Shown one piece after another: positions 49,961 to 60,922 of a stretch of DNA of 64,000 nucleotides. Position 1 is the first letter of the stretch, and every line of letters starts with the position of its first letter. A program made the position numbers and the translations under genes. The notes below the pieces were generated by a model. It made no database searches. It was not told the DNA's origin and was given only the letters and a program-made list of their open reading frames with translations. This DNA is from Phycisphaerae bacterium. GTDB taxonomy: Bacteria > Planctomycetota > Phycisphaerae > UBA1845. The stretch is from positions 320,001 to 384,000 of the forward strand of contig CAXXGO010000006.1 of assembly GCA_963666835.2 (NCBI GenBank). Direction: 5' to 3'.

Positions 49961-50323
49961 CTATCCCTGATTGCGGTCCAGCTCCCTGCCAAGGTTTGGA
50001 CCAACTAGGGCTTTCAATCGAGACGTAACTTCGCCATACTCAGCCAGGTTCTCCAGGAACGACACGCAGATCAACTCCTGCACGGCGTCGTCCCCGAACG
50101 CCATTGACCGCTCAAGGCAGTTGAGGATTCTTGCCACTTGAGGCGGAGACCCGTTTGCGTGGGAAAGCACTTCGCCAACAACATACCTCGTCACGTCTCC
50201 GAAGAAGACATGGGGCAGAAGCTCAGCGTAGTCGTCGAGGTGCGTTTGATACACACCGTCCAGCTCAGGCACTTGCTGCAGCAGGTTGTTCACGAGAACC
50301 ACGGTGGACTCAGGTATATTCAT
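49961..50323 (-). CDS. Putative immunity protein for the Ntox28-like toxin
   Basis: LPHVFFGD...LE.....D..VQELICVSFLENL; starts 1 nt after the toxin stop. Confidence 0.8.
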   Translation of the reverse strand: MNIPESTVVLVNNLLQQVPELDGVYQTHLDDYAELLPHVFFGDVTRYVVGEVLSHANGSPPQVARILNCLERSMAFGDDAVQELICVSFLENLAEYGEVTSRLKALVGPNLGRELDRNQG

Positions 50324-50324
50324 A

Positions 50325-52847
50325 TCAGTTTCCCGCCAAGGCAGATCGAAGGTCATCCAGAATCCGTCGCGCAGCGATCTTGTCTCCCAAGGAGGCGTTT
50401 GGATTCCTTCTCAGCCATTTCTCGAGAGCTCGGGCGTACTCCTGGCCCTTCCGAGTATGCCATCTTCCGCCCACCTGCTGCCCTGTTCGTGTTTCGTATC
50501 GGATGGCGTCCGCGGTACTTCCTGTGCCGATCGGACTACTGGTTTTCGCACCTTTGTACAAGTCATCCACAATGTTCCGGAGCTTGGGATTAGTTACGGT
50601 GGGTCGGTTGACCCCTTTCCCCGCACGCACCCGAGCGGAACTGAACCTGACTCTGGCTCCAGCCGAGCTCACTCGTGTCGAACGGACGTATCGGGCGAAC
50701 TTGCCTCCGATTACGGTACCGGCGGATGTTATCGCGTTCGTCTCGGGCGCACAAGCGGTGGCGTAGGTCATCGCCCAGTACGCGGCCAGCTTGCCGTAGA
50801 GGCTTACGCGGTCCCGGCCCTTGATGGCGTCCTCGTACGCCACGAGAAGCGTATCCAGCGCGGTCTCCCGGTTGTAGAGCACGTCGCCGATCGCGTCGCC
50901 GTAGTCATCGTCGCCCCAATCGATGCTCCAGTGCCACAGTTGGCTTTCATCAGCGGATATCAAGGCCTTGGTGGTATCGTCCTTGGTGGTCGCCCAAGCC
51001 AGCCGGGACCATGGGGAGCCCGCGGGCGGCGCGAGTGTCCACCTGTTGGTCGCCGGGGGCGTGACGCCTCCGACGCCTCCTGCTCCCGGGAGCCCGCTGA
51101 ACCAGCATCCCGTCGGGTCGGTGCCCATGTGCGGTGCGCTGAGGATGTATTCGTACAAGCTCGGCCCGTCGCCGTATTGGCCCATGCCGTCAACGCTGAC
51201 ACCGGGAGCGACGGGGTACCCGCCCCAAGTGTTGCCACCGGTCAACATCAGGCCGGTTTCGTACGGATCCCGTTGCAGCCAGCGGCCGAGGATGGGGTCG
51301 TAGTAGCGGCCGGGGGTGAAGTAGAGGCCGGTTTCGGGGTCGAACCAGAGGCCTTGGTGGCCTTTCGAGAGTGCCAGGAAGGCGGTGTTGGCGGGCTCGT
51401 TTTCGTATCCGGCGCCGGTGCCATCCTCGATGGCGAGGTAGCCGCCGTAAGGCTGGTACGCGTATTGCTGCTCGAGGTATCCCTCGTGATCGGTCACGCC
51501 TACGACGTTGTAGTTCGCATCCTGCAAGATGAAATGCGGGTTGGTTGGTGTATCATCACTGTCGTAATATGCCACGACCTCGTCAATGTAGTCGAGGCCG
51601 TAGACGTATTGGCGGTAGAGTGCCAGCGACGTGCCGTCGTGCTTGTGGTGCTCCAGCACGCGGTGGCCGTCGTAGTAGAAGTAGTCCGTAGGCGACTCGG
51701 CCGTGCCGAGCGTCTTGGCGATCCGCCGGCCGAGGGCGTCGTATTCGTATTGGCCGATGAGACTGCCCAGGTCCGAACCGGCCAGAGCGCCCGCGGCGTC
51801 GACGTGGTAGTCACCCTTCTCATGCACCTCGACCACCCGGTTCCACGCGTCGTATTTGTAGAACTTCTCGTCATCGAGCACGAGGTTCCCGGCCGCGTCG
51901 TAGTAGAAGTCGTCGTTTTCGACGGGTTCGCCGTTGGCCTCGGTCCGGAGGGTGTTGATCCGGTTGGCCTCGTCGGTGGTGTCGTGTCGTTTCTCGATCC
52001 ACGTGTCGGTGCCGAAGTCGTAGCCGGGATCGTTACCAGCCAGCGAACCGACCGTATAGCTGATGAAGCTGTCGTTGCTACTGCCTCCGGACCAGTTACC
52101 CAGAACGTCCAGATTCCACGCCTGCCCGGTGCCGCCATCGGCGATCTTGCCCTCCAGAGCGTGCTCTCCGCATTCGGCGAAGACGAGCCGGTTAAGATTG
52201 TCGTAGCCGTAGATGTACGAGCGTTGCCAGTTGTAGCCTGAGATGTCTCCGGCCTGGACGATGAACGCAGAGGTGCGGTTCCCGTTGGCGTCGTGCTCGT
52301 ACTCGTACATGTGGAGCGGGGCGCCGGGGTTGTTACCGCTCGTGAAGGTCATTGCTGCGACGCGGCCGAAGCGGTCGAGGGCGTTGGGGGTCGTGTAGTC
52401 GAGGGTGACGTCGTTTCCTCCCCAGACCTTCTTGACGTTTCGCCCGCCGCCGGTGGTGGTGTAGGCGATCAGGGGATTGTTCGTACCGCCGACCTCGGAC
52501 ATGCCGGTCATGCGGCCGATGGCATTGGTCCAGGTCTGGCCGTCGCGCGTGTAGTCGAAGCTGAATCCGCGGCCGGAGGGGTAGGTGATGTCGGTCAGGC
52601 GGTTCTGTTTGGGTTTCCCGGCGGACTCCTGATACCACTGCCAGCCGTAGGTGACCGTCTTGGCGAACAAAGGCGTCACATCCGGCCTCGGGTCGAGCGT
52701 CTCGCTGTTCAGATTAGCGAAGCCGTCGTAGGCGTAAGTGATCTCGCTGAACGCCTCGGCGGGCGTGCTCGCTGAATACGCCGTAGCGGTCGAGATCTGC
52801 CCACGCGGAGTATAGTCGAACGCCAACACCCCGACCGTGGTGTCGAG
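50325..52847 (-). CDS. Orphan Rhs cassette 4 with Ntox28-like (CdiA-CT536-type tRNase-like) CT
   Basis: YD repeats, RYYDPILGRWLQRDP, DPTG; CT LRNIVDDLYKG...GTGSTADAIRYE..TG..VGGRWH..K. Confidence 0.85.
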   Translation of the reverse strand, partial: LDTTVGVLAFDYTPRGQISTATAYSASTPAEAFSEITYAYDGFANLNSETLDPRPDVTPLFAKTVTYGWQWYQESAGKPKQNRLTDITYPSGRGFSFDYTRDGQTWTNAIGRMTGMSEVGGTNNPLIAYTTTGGGRNVKKVWGGNDVTLDYTTPNALDRFGRVAAMTFTSGNNPGAPLHMYEYEHDANGNRTSAFIVQAGDISGYNWQRSYIYGYDNLNRLVFAECGEHALEGKIADGGTGQAWNLDVLGNWSGGSSNDSFISYTVGSLAGNDPGYDFGTDTWIEKRHDTTDEANRINTLRTEANGEPVENDDFYYDAAGNLVLDDEKFYKYDAWNRVVEVHEKGDYHVDAAGALAGSDLGSLIGQYEYDALGRRIAKTLGTAESPTDYFYYDGHRVLEHHKHDGTSLALYRQYVYGLDYIDEVVAYYDSDDTPTNPHFILQDANYNVVGVTDHEGYLEQQYAYQPYGGYLAIEDGTGAGYENEPANTAFLALSKGHQGLWFDPETGLYFTPGRYYDPILGRWLQRDPYETGLMLTGGNTWGGYPVAPGVSVDGMGQYGDGPSLYEYILSAPHMGTDPTGCWFSGLPGAGGVGGVTPPATNRWTLAPPAGSPWSRLAWATTKDDTTKALISADESQLWHWSIDWGDDDYGDAIGDVLYNRETALDTLLVAYEDAIKGRDRVSLYGKLAAYWAMTYATACAPETNAITSAGTVIGGKFARYVRSTRVSSAGARVRFSSARVRAGKGVNRPTVTNPKLRNIVDDLYKGAKTSSPIGTGSTADAIRYETRTGQQVGGRWHTRKGQEYARALEKWLRRNPNASLGDKIAARRILDDLRSALAGN

Positions 52848-52921
52848 GGCGTCGTTTGCGCGTGCCCGGACTCAAGTCCGAGGAGCCACTCCGGCGAAAT
52901 CGGTATGATGTGCCCCGAATT
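52848..52921. repeat. Diverged inter-cassette spacer element
   Basis: CTCAAG.CCGA.GAGC.AC.C.GGCGAA.T.G.TATG.TGTGCC.CGAAT shared with the other copies; same junction. Confidence 0.75.
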
Positions 52922-52955
52922 CAGAATGCCGAGTATGGCGACACACCCTTGCTTG

Positions 52956-53366
52956 CTAGTGGCGCAGCCTTCGCTCAAGGTTGTCGATGACACGGTTCCA
53001 TTCTGTTTCCGAATCAGATTCTTCCCACAGACTTTTCAGTTCTGACTCAGGGTCGGTTTGAACGCGTACAACGGCCCGGCGGGCAAGTGCAAGCAGGTTG
53101 GGGCTGGCTATGCTCGCTTGCCTCTTCAGCCAATGTCTGGCCTCTTCCGGCAAATCAGGGGGCGGAACGCCTTTCGCCGCCGCTACGACCTCTGCGGCAG
53201 CCAAGGCGACGCAGCAATCCGGCGCTTCGAGATACGCAGACGGAGACGCGTCGGCTATCACTGACAGACCCTGAAGAAGTAGGGCATCACCGTTCGACTC
53301 GTAGAGGTCACAAAGCCAATCGACCGCGTCATCGTTGCCAAAGCTACTAGTACTCCAAGCGCCCAC
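52956..53366 (-). CDS. DUF4259 family protein (extra immunity candidate)
   Basis: MGAWSTSSFGNDDAVDW, ALAAAEVVAA, SELKSLWEE; GGAGG RBS. Confidence 0.85.
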   Translation of the reverse strand: MGAWSTSSFGNDDAVDWLCDLYESNGDALLLQGLSVIADASPSAYLEAPDCCVALAAAEVVAAAKGVPPPDLPEEARHWLKRQASIASPNLLALARRAVVRVQTDPESELKSLWEESDSETEWNRVIDNLERRLRH

Positions 53367-53380
53367 GACTGGGCCTCCCT

Positions 53381-53857
53381 TTATGCCGACAGCAGATCGG
53401 TCAGCGCCATCTCAATCGCACCGTATCCCCAAACACCGTCTTTGGGGAATCGGCTGGCTTCCTTGGCGTCACACACGGATTCGCGCAATGCGCGATTGGG
53501 ATCATCGTCCGCGTAGGATGTAAGATACGCCTTGCCACTGTCGGTCGATGCCGTTCTGGCGAACACCGGCATCGGCCACGCATCACGATCCCAGCGCTCG
53601 GAACGGCCAACAACCGACCATTCTTTGTTGTAGAGCCCAAGGTCGCCAAACCTCGCAACAAGAACAGCATCTTTCTTCGTCAGTTTCGTGACATCTTCGG
53701 CACCAGGTAGCTCTGCGCGTTTGGGACCGAAGAAATACCCCAGAAGGACTCTGCCTCCCTGCGGACAGCGCGCTACCAAGCCAACCGCGTAAGTACCATC
53801 CTCCAGCGGAACCGAGAACCAATCGCCCTCGCCATATGCCAGTTTCTTGCGTCCCAT
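53381..53857 (-). CDS. Imm26-like immunity protein
   Basis: EGDWFSVPLEDGTYAVG...LGYFFGP...FGDLGL...WSVVG. Confidence 0.8.
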   Translation of the reverse strand: MGRKKLAYGEGDWFSVPLEDGTYAVGLVARCPQGGRVLLGYFFGPKRAELPGAEDVTKLTKKDAVLVARFGDLGLYNKEWSVVGRSERWDRDAWPMPVFARTASTDSGKAYLTSYADDDPNRALRESVCDAKEASRFPKDGVWGYGAIEMALTDLLSA

Positions 53858-53858
53858 T

Positions 53859-56520
53859 CTAAGGCTCCAGTTTTCTCGCGGCGTCGAGGTACTCTCGCAT
53901 GTTGGGATGATTACGCCTGATCGGCCTAATCTTGTTCATAGGTGGGTCGTACAAATCGTGGATAATCTGCTCGCGGCCACGCTGCGCAGCATGGTTGTCG
54001 GTGTACATATCAACCTCAAAACGAAGGTGTTTCGTGTCGGCATGCCGAGCATGCTCGGCTTGGCGGCGCGCCAAATCGCAGGTGCGCCCCGTTCGCATCA
54101 CCTTGCCCGTCCGAGGATCGACGAGCTTGTAGGTGCCTCCCTTCGTAACCTTGCCTGCTCCCCGTCCGGCACGTATTTGAGCAGAAGTATACCTGACTTT
54201 GGCCCCTCTTGAGCCAACTCGTGTCGAACGGGCGTATCGGGCGAACTTGCCTCCGATTACGGTACCGGCGGATATTATCGCATTTGTCTCGGGCGCACAA
54301 GTGGTGGCGTAGGTCATCGCCCAGTACGCGGCCAGCTTGCCGTAGAGGCTTACGCGGTCCCGGCCCTTGATGGCGTCCTCGTACGCCACGAGAAGCGTAT
54401 CCAGCGCGGTCTCCCGGTTGTAGAGCACGTCGCCGATCGCGTCGCCGTAGTCATCGTCGCCCCAATCGATGCTCCAGTGCCACAGTTGGCTTTCATCAGC
54501 GGATATCAAGGCCTTGGTGGTATCGTCCTTGGTGGTCGCCCAAGCCAGCCGGGACCATGGGGAACCCGCGGGCGGCGCGAGTGTCCACTCGTCTTCCTCC
54601 GCCGGCGCGACGCTTCCGACGCCCCCCACTCCCGGGAGCCCGCTGAACCAGTATCCCGTCGGGTCGGTGCCCATGTGCGGTGCGCTGAGGATGTATTCGT
54701 ACAAGCTCGGCCCGTCGCCGTATTGGCCCATGCCGTCAACGCTGACACCGGGAGCGACGGGGTACCCGCCCCAAGTGTTGCCACCGGTCAACATCAGGCC
54801 GGTTTCGTACGGATCCCGTTGTAGCCAGCGGCCGAGGATGGGGTCGTAGTAGCGGCCGGGGGTGAAGTAGAGGCCGGTTTCGGGGTCGAACCAGAGGCCT
54901 TGGTGGCCTTTTGAGAGTGCCAGGAAGGCGGTGTTGGCGGGTTCTTCTTCGTACCCAGCGCCGGTGCCGTCCTCGATGGCGAGGTAGCCGCCGTGAGGCA
55001 GGTACGCGTACTGCTGCTCAAGTGCGCCGTCCGAATCCGTCGTGGCCACTACGTTGTAGTTTACATCCTGCAGAATGAAATGCGGGTCGGTTGGTGTCTC
55101 ATCACTGTCGTAATATGCCACGACCTCGTCAATGTAGTCGAGGCCGTAGACGTATTGGCGGTGTAGTGCCAGGTTGGTACCGTTGTGCTTGTGATGCTCC
55201 AGCACGCGGTGGCCGTCGTAGTAGAAGTAGTCGGTAGGCGACGCGGCCGTGCCGAGCGTCTTGGCGATCCGCCGGCCGATAGCGTCGTATTCGTATTGGG
55301 CGATGAGATCGCCGGGGTCGCCGTCGAGGGTGCCGTCCGGCTGAACGGCCAGCGTGTTCTTCTCGTTGACCTCGACCACCCGGTTCCATGCGTCGTATTT
55401 GTAGAACTTCTCGTCATCGAGCACGAGGTTCCCGGCCCGGTCGTAGTAGAAGTCGTCGCTATCGACGGACCCGCCGTTGGCCTCGGTCCGGAGGGTGTTG
55501 ATCCGGTTGGCCTCGTCGGTGGTGTCGTGTCGCTTTTCAGTCCAGGCGTCTTTGGTGGAGTCGTATCCGGGGTTGTTACCAGCCAGCGAACCGACCGTAT
55601 AGCTGATGAAGCTGTCGTCGCTGCTGCCACCCGACCAGTTGCCCAGAACGTCCAGGTTCCACGCCTGCCCCTTGCCGTTGGGGAGGATGGCGTTGTTGAG
55701 GCTGTTCAATATGCCCCGTTCGGCGTAGACCAGCCGGTTCAAGTTGTCGTAACCATACAGGAACGACCGGTTGTTTGGGTGCCCGGCCTGGGTGATTCGG
55801 GCGTACGTTCGGTTGCCGTTGGCGTCGTAGCCGTAACCGTATTTGTGGATGGTCGATGCGTCGGCCTTCTGAAAGTCCATGCTGGTGACGCGCCCGAAGC
55901 GGTCGAACCCAGCCGGCCTCTCGGGGTTGGTAGACGGCGTGTAGTCGAGGGTGACGTCGCTGCCTCCCCAGACCTTCTTGACGTTTCGCCCGCCGCCGGT
56001 GGTGGTGTAGGCGATCAGGGGGTTGTTCGTACCGCCGACCTCGGACATACCGGTCATGCGGCCGATGGCGTCGGTCCAGGTCTGGCCGTCGCGCGTGTAG
56101 TCGAAGCTGAATCCGCGGCCGGAGGGATAGGTGATGCCGGTCAGGCGGTTCTGTTTGGGTTTCCCGGCGGACTGCTGATACCACTGCCAGCCGTAGGTGA
56201 CGGTCTTGGCGAACAAAGGCGTCACATCCGGCCTCGGGTCGAGCGTCTCGTCGGTCAGATTAGCAAAGCCGTCGTAGCCGTAAGTGATCTCGCTGAGCGC
56301 CTCGCCGGGCGTGCTTGCCGAATACGCCGTAGCGGTCGAGATCTGCCCACGCGGAGTGTAGTCGAACGCCAACACCCCGACCGTGGTGTCGAGAGTCTCG
56401 TCCAATGGGGACGGGAGCGGGGGCGGATAGGTGATGTTGACCTCGGTAAGCTGATCGAACGGTGCCGCGGGTTCGCCGTCAGCTGAATCGATACCGTACC
56501 AGCCGAGCCCGTCTGTTTCG
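53859..56520 (-). CDS. Orphan Rhs cassette 3 with GIY-YIG-like nuclease CT
   Basis: Frame open back to the stop at 56523; DPTG; CT GGTYKLVD...TGRT.DLARR..EH...RGREQ...N. Confidence 0.85.
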
Positions 56521-56522
56521 CG

Positions 56523-56822
56523 CTACTCCTTGCGCCCGTAGACTATCCGTCCTGGTATGTCCATCTCATGAAATGAGCGGGTGTCCGACATTACATCCAC
56601 GCGCACGTCGACGAGAGTATCTTGAAGAGCCTCGAACTCGAATGTTATATCGTCGATCTCCTCACGGTCATCACGGTCGTCTCGCTCAAGGACGAAACGA
56701 AGACAAACCTCACGAGGTCCGGTGAGTTCCAGCGTTATAAGACGGAAGTTTGGCGAAATAGCCCCCACGAGGGCCTGTATCAAGTTCAGAACCTGAGAGT
56801 TCTCCTCGTAAAGACCCATCAT
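56523..56822 (-). CDS. Putative immunity protein
   Basis: GAGGAG RBS beside the toxin stop; LIQALVGAISPNFR; alternative start 56843. Confidence 0.78.
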   Translation of the reverse strand: MMGLYEENSQVLNLIQALVGAISPNFRLITLELTGPREVCLRFVLERDDRDDREEIDDITFEFEALQDTLVDVRVDVMSDTRSFHEMDIPGRIVYGRKE

Positions 56823-56830
56823 CTTCTCCT

Positions 56831-59800
56831 CTAGGGTTGCCATGCAGGGGACGTCGGAACGACGCTGGGGTGGGCAGTCCCCTTGATCAGAAACACGTTG
56901 GTCGGCTGGTCAACGAAACCCGCTGCAGGGTTGTGGTTGAAGCCTGTGACCCCATCATACATAACGACGACGTGCCCGTTCTTGGTGGTTCCCAAAACGC
57001 GTGCGCTTCCACTGTGCGCCGCATCCAGGACAGTCTGAGCGTCCTCTACGCTCCTCATATAGCTGGGCTTTCCGCGAGCTGCCCATTCGGAACGACCCGC
57101 AACATGCCTTAGCTGTTTCTGGCTTACTTTACGCGAAATACGCAGCAGTTGGGCTGTTGCCATTTCTGCGGCTTGGCCGCACGGATTCGTATTGTGGCTC
57201 AATACGTCGACGTGGCCGACGTAGTAGCAGTGATCGGTTTGGATGTCAAGGTTGTGAACTCGATGCACGCCCGGGTACTTGCGGACCGAACGGATCGTGA
57301 CGGTTCCGCCGATCGTCTTGAGCTTCTCGCCGATCTTCAGATCACCGGTCTGTACCCATGAGTCGCGATCGACCGAGAACAGGCGGTGTCGCCTGGTCGG
57401 ATACAGCGGCTCATCCTGACCGTCAAATCGAAGCTCGTATACATAGCTGTTCAGGTGAGAGACGGTGCCTAACACGACGCGTCCCGGTGCGGATTCGATC
57501 TGTGGACACTCGGATACTGACACGACCGTGGCCGGACCTTTCAGGCCCATTTCCGGTAATCCAAACAGGATTGTTGCACCTTCCGCTGCGCGCACCGACT
57601 CAAGCCAAGCGAGCGGACGCAATACTTCGATGTCAAGGATGTCCCCATCTGATTCCGGATTCGCCATCTTGAGTGTAACGTGCCGCCAGATGTCCCGACT
57701 TGGCTCGGGCTCGGAAGCCCGGTTGCCGTCGGTTGTGAGAACTCGATCACCCACCCGAAGTGACTCGATGACCCTGGGGCCCTCCGGCGTGGCCACAAGC
57801 GTGCCCGCCAGGAAGCATATTCCCTTTCCGACGACCTTCGCCAATTGCCGTCCTTTACCGGTCTTAATGCCCTTACGGACGTACTTGAGCGCGGAACTCA
57901 CAAGCTTGCCAAACGGGACAGCCGTCAGCAAGGCGGTTCCCACGAGGTTTGCCCCGTCTGAAAAGCCCCAGTCGCCCGGGCTCTTTCGGAGTGTCTGATA
58001 CGTGTCCATCGCGTCGATCACTATACCGGCTGGCGTAAACGACAGCGCCATGAGCGCGAAGCCCTTGACAACGCCGATTCCGATGTTGAGGGTCTGCGTG
58101 GCGTACGCGTAGGCGGCGAAATTGTCGGCCGGCATTTGCTGGGCTAGTTCCCAGGCCTCAGGGCCCTCGTACGCGGCGTTGCCGTAGGTGAAAAGCCCCG
58201 TAGGATCGTGGCGATTCACGGGGTTGCTGCCGAGGTACTGGTATAGGTTCAGCCCGTCCATGTACTGCCCACCTGCCGACATTACGGCACTGGCGAAAGC
58301 GTTCTGTGCGTTCGTCAGCATGACGTCGACGAGCACGAGCGAGGTTTCGTTCGGGTCCTCCTGCATGTATCGCCCGAGCTTCGGTTTGAGGATACGGGTG
58401 CGGTTGTTGATCCCGTCGATCTCGGGCATGTGGTCGAGGCCTTGGTGGCCTTTGGTGGTGGCGATCAGACTGGGCGTGCCGAGGATGTCGGTGATCGTGC
58501 CGTCGGATTCGATCCGCTCGGCCGCGAGGCGTTCACCGTAGGGTTTGTAGTTGTATTGCTGCTCGAGGTGTCCGTCGTGATCGGTCGTGGCCACGACGTT
58601 GTAGTTCGCATCTTGCAGGATGAAATGCGGATCGGTTGGTGTCTCGTCGCTGTCGTAATATGCCACGACCTCGTCAATGTAGTCGAGGCCGTAGACGTAT
58701 TGGCGATGGAGTGCCAGCGACGTGCCGTTGTGCTTGTGATGCTCCAGCAGGCGGTGGCCGTCGTAGTAGAAGTAGTCCCCGTCGCCGGTGGTGTTAAGAT
58801 TGCCCGACCCGGACACGGTCTTGTGGATCATCCGCCCGAGGACGTCGTAGTCGTACGTGGCGATGAGATCGCCCGGGTCCGTACCGGCCAGATCGCCCGC
58901 GGCGTCGACGTGGTAGTCACCCTTGTCATGCACTTCGACGACCCGGTTCCATGCGTCGTATTTGTAGAACTTCTGGTCATCGAGCACGAGGTTCCCGGCC
59001 GCGTCGTAATAGAAGTCGCTGTGAACGGGTGCGTCGCTTCCGTCCCCGTCGGCGTCGACGGCCAGCTCGACAATCCGGTTGGCTTCGTCGGTGGCGTGGT
59101 GAATGAAAGCGTCTGGGTCGTCAATATCCTCGGTAAACCCGCTGGGGCTGCTATCGTCAATTGTGTAATCAATCACACTCTTGTGGTTCGCGGCGCCCCC
59201 GGACCAGTTACCCAACACGTCCAGATTCCACGCCCGGCCGGTGCCGCCATCGGCGATCTTGCCCTCCAGAGCGTGCTCTCCGCATTCGGCGAAGACGAGC
59301 CGGTTAAGATTGTCGTAGCCGTAGATGTACGAGCGTTGCCAGTTGTAGCCTGAGATGTCTCCGGCCTGGAGGATGAACGCAGAGGTGCGGTTGCCGTTGG
59401 CGTCGTGCTCGTACTCGTACATGTGGAGCGGGACGCCGGGGTTGTTACTGCTCGTGAAGGTCATTGCTGCGACGCGGCCGAAGCGGTCGAGGGCGTTGGG
59501 GGTCGTGTAGTCGAGGATGACGTCGTTGTCGTCTCCCCAGACCTTCTTGACGTTTCGCCCGCCGCCGGTGGTGGTGTAGGCGATCAGGGGGTTGTTCGTA
59601 CCGCCGACCTCCGACATGCCGGTCATGCGGCCGATGGCGTTGGTCCAGGTCTGGCCGTCGCGTGTGTAGTCGAAGCTGAATCCGCGGCCGGAGGGGTAGG
59701 TGATGTCGGTCAGGCGGTTCTGTTTGGGTTTCCCGGCGGACTCCTGATACCACTGCCAGCCGTAGGTGACCGTCTTGGCGAACAAAGGCGTCACATCCGG

Positions 59801-59962
59801 CCTCGGGTCGAGCGTCTCGTCGGTCAGATTAGCGAAGCCGTCGTAGCCGTAAGTGATCTCGCTGAGCGCCTCGCCGGGCGTGCTCGCCGAATACGCCGTA
59901 GCGGTCGAGATCTGCCCACGCGGAGTGTAGTCGAACGTTAGCACCCCGACGGTGGTGTCGAG
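56831..59962 (-). CDS. Orphan Rhs cassette 2 with HINT and Ntox50-like RNase CT
   Basis: DPTGL; HINT 57191-57817; CT KQLRHVAG...PSY...TNVFLIKG...SVVP. Confidence 0.85.
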   Translation of the reverse strand, partial: LDTTVGVLTFDYTPRGQISTATAYSASTPGEALSEITYGYDGFANLTDETLDPRPDVTPLFAKTVTYGWQWYQESAGKPKQNRLTDITYPSGRGFSFDYTRDGQTWTNAIGRMTGMSEVGGTNNPLIAYTTTGGGRNVKKVWGDDNDVILDYTTPNALDRFGRVAAMTFTSSNNPGVPLHMYEYEHDANGNRTSAFILQAGDISGYNWQRSYIYGYDNLNRLVFAECGEHALEGKIADGGTGRAWNLDVLGNWSGGAANHKSVIDYTIDDSSPSGFTEDIDDPDAFIHHATDEANRIVELAVDADGDGSDAPVHSDFYYDAAGNLVLDDQKFYKYDAWNRVVEVHDKGDYHVDAAGDLAGTDPGDLIATYDYDVLGRMIHKTVSGSGNLNTTGDGDYFYYDGHRLLEHHKHNGTSLALHRQYVYGLDYIDEVVAYYDSDETPTDPHFILQDANYNVVATTDHDGHLEQQYNYKPYGERLAAERIESDGTITDILGTPSLIATTKGHQGLDHMPEIDGINNRTRILKPKLGRYMQEDPNETSLVLVDVMLTNAQNAFASAVMSAGGQYMDGLNLYQYLGSNPVNRHDPTGLFTYGNAAYEGPEAWELAQQMPADNFAAYAYATQTLNIGIGVVKGFALMALSFTPAGIVIDAMDTYQTLRKSPGDWGFSDGANLVGTALLTAVPFGKLVSSALKYVRKGIKTGKGRQLAKVVGKGICFLAGTLVATPEGPRVIESLRVGDRVLTTDGNRASEPEPSRDIWRHVTLKMANPESDGDILDIEVLRPLAWLESVRAAEGATILFGLPEMGLKGPATVVSVSECPQIESAPGRVVLGTVSHLNSYVYELRFDGQDEPLYPTRRHRLFSVDRDSWVQTGDLKIGEKLKTIGGTVTIRSVRKYPGVHRVHNLDIQTDHCYYVGHVDVLSHNTNPCGQAAEMATAQLLRISRKVSQKQLRHVAGRSEWAARGKPSYMRSVEDAQTVLDAAHSGSARVLGTTKNGHVVVMYDGVTGFNHNPAAGFVDQPTNVFLIKGTAHPSVVPTSPAWQP

Positions 59963-60100
59963 GGCTTACGCCGTTGGGAGCGAGACCTGAAGCCCGATGA
60001 GCAACACGGGCGAAGTCGATACGTTGTGCCTCGAATGTGACGCTAGCCGGCCCAGCTCCTGTCGAACGGAAGAAGCAGAGAATCAGTGATGTCTCCTCTT
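59963..60100. repeat. Inter-cassette spacer element plus GAATCAGTGATGTCTCC motif
   Basis: Near-identical to 43438-43604 with an internal deletion of about 40 nt; followed by a pyrimidine tract. Confidence 0.88.
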
Positions 60101-60199
60101 CCCCCTCCTTTTCCCTCTCGTTTCCCCCCTTTCTTCCTCAATTGCGGAGAAGCGGCACAGTGCTTGTCGACTTCAGGCTCGGTCTCGGCTCGAAACCAC

Positions 60200-60910
60200 C
60201 TATGTCGGAATGCCGAGCGTCTGCCCCACCTGCTCCACTGTGGTTCTGTGGGCAATATCACTAGGTTGTGGCGCCTCGTCCTTGAGGATCACGAGTAGGC
60301 CACCGTCGTTGGTCTCTTCTGTAGCTACGGCCTCCGGTAGCGAGCCGATGCAGTGAGGCGGATCTTGGAGATACAACAGCCAGTCCACATACGGTGTGAA
60401 AGCAGTGCAGGTGCGACGGGAGGAAACCGTGCGCACTGAGAACACGCCTGCCCACTCGGGTTCCCACGCCCGCACGACAGCGAGCAGCGGAGCTTTGACG
60501 TTACTGGAATAGGCAAACACACCAAGATCACTTGGGAGATCGAGATTAGCGGTATTGCAAAGACCAGGTGTCGCTGTGTATAATCCGCAGCAGACGCTCA
60601 GACCGACCTCGGTTGCCGACGGGCGACCATTCCACAATCCAACATGGAATCCAAGGTCAGGAATTACCTCTCTGGTGGAATCCGTCCGACTAGCGCCTTC
60701 CCGGACGAGGTCCAGCAAGATATCAGCCCGCCGCCAGTCCACTTGTTTATCGAGCGCAGCCGCCCGCGAGCCTCCCTTTCTGTACCACGCGGCGAACACA
60801 TCGCCGCATCCCGATAGGTCTGCCAAGAACCGCGCAAGTCGAGCGGCGCAAGCCGCTGCCGGCTCCTCACGAGACCGCCAATAACCCCCGACAGTGTAGC
60901 GTGCGGTCAT
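60200..60910 (-). CDS. Imm52-like immunity protein
   Basis: YW.SREE..AACAARL..FL..L, DLGFHVGLWNG, WEPEWA, WLLYL; GGAGG RBS. Confidence 0.8.
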   Translation of the reverse strand: MTARYTVGGYWRSREEPAAACAARLARFLADLSGCGDVFAAWYRKGGSRAAALDKQVDWRRADILLDLVREGASRTDSTREVIPDLGFHVGLWNGRPSATEVGLSVCCGLYTATPGLCNTANLDLPSDLGVFAYSSNVKAPLLAVVRAWEPEWAGVFSVRTVSSRRTCTAFTPYVDWLLYLQDPPHCIGSLPEAVATEETNDGGLLVILKDEAPQPSDIAHRTTVEQVGQTLGIPT

Positions 60911-60922
60911 TCTGAGGACCTC

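Noticed and set aside
50286..52241. 651-aa plus-strand ORF and similar ORFs at 55185, 58430 and 62390
   Set aside because: Antisense shadows of GC-rich Rhs coding sequence, with no recognisable motifs.
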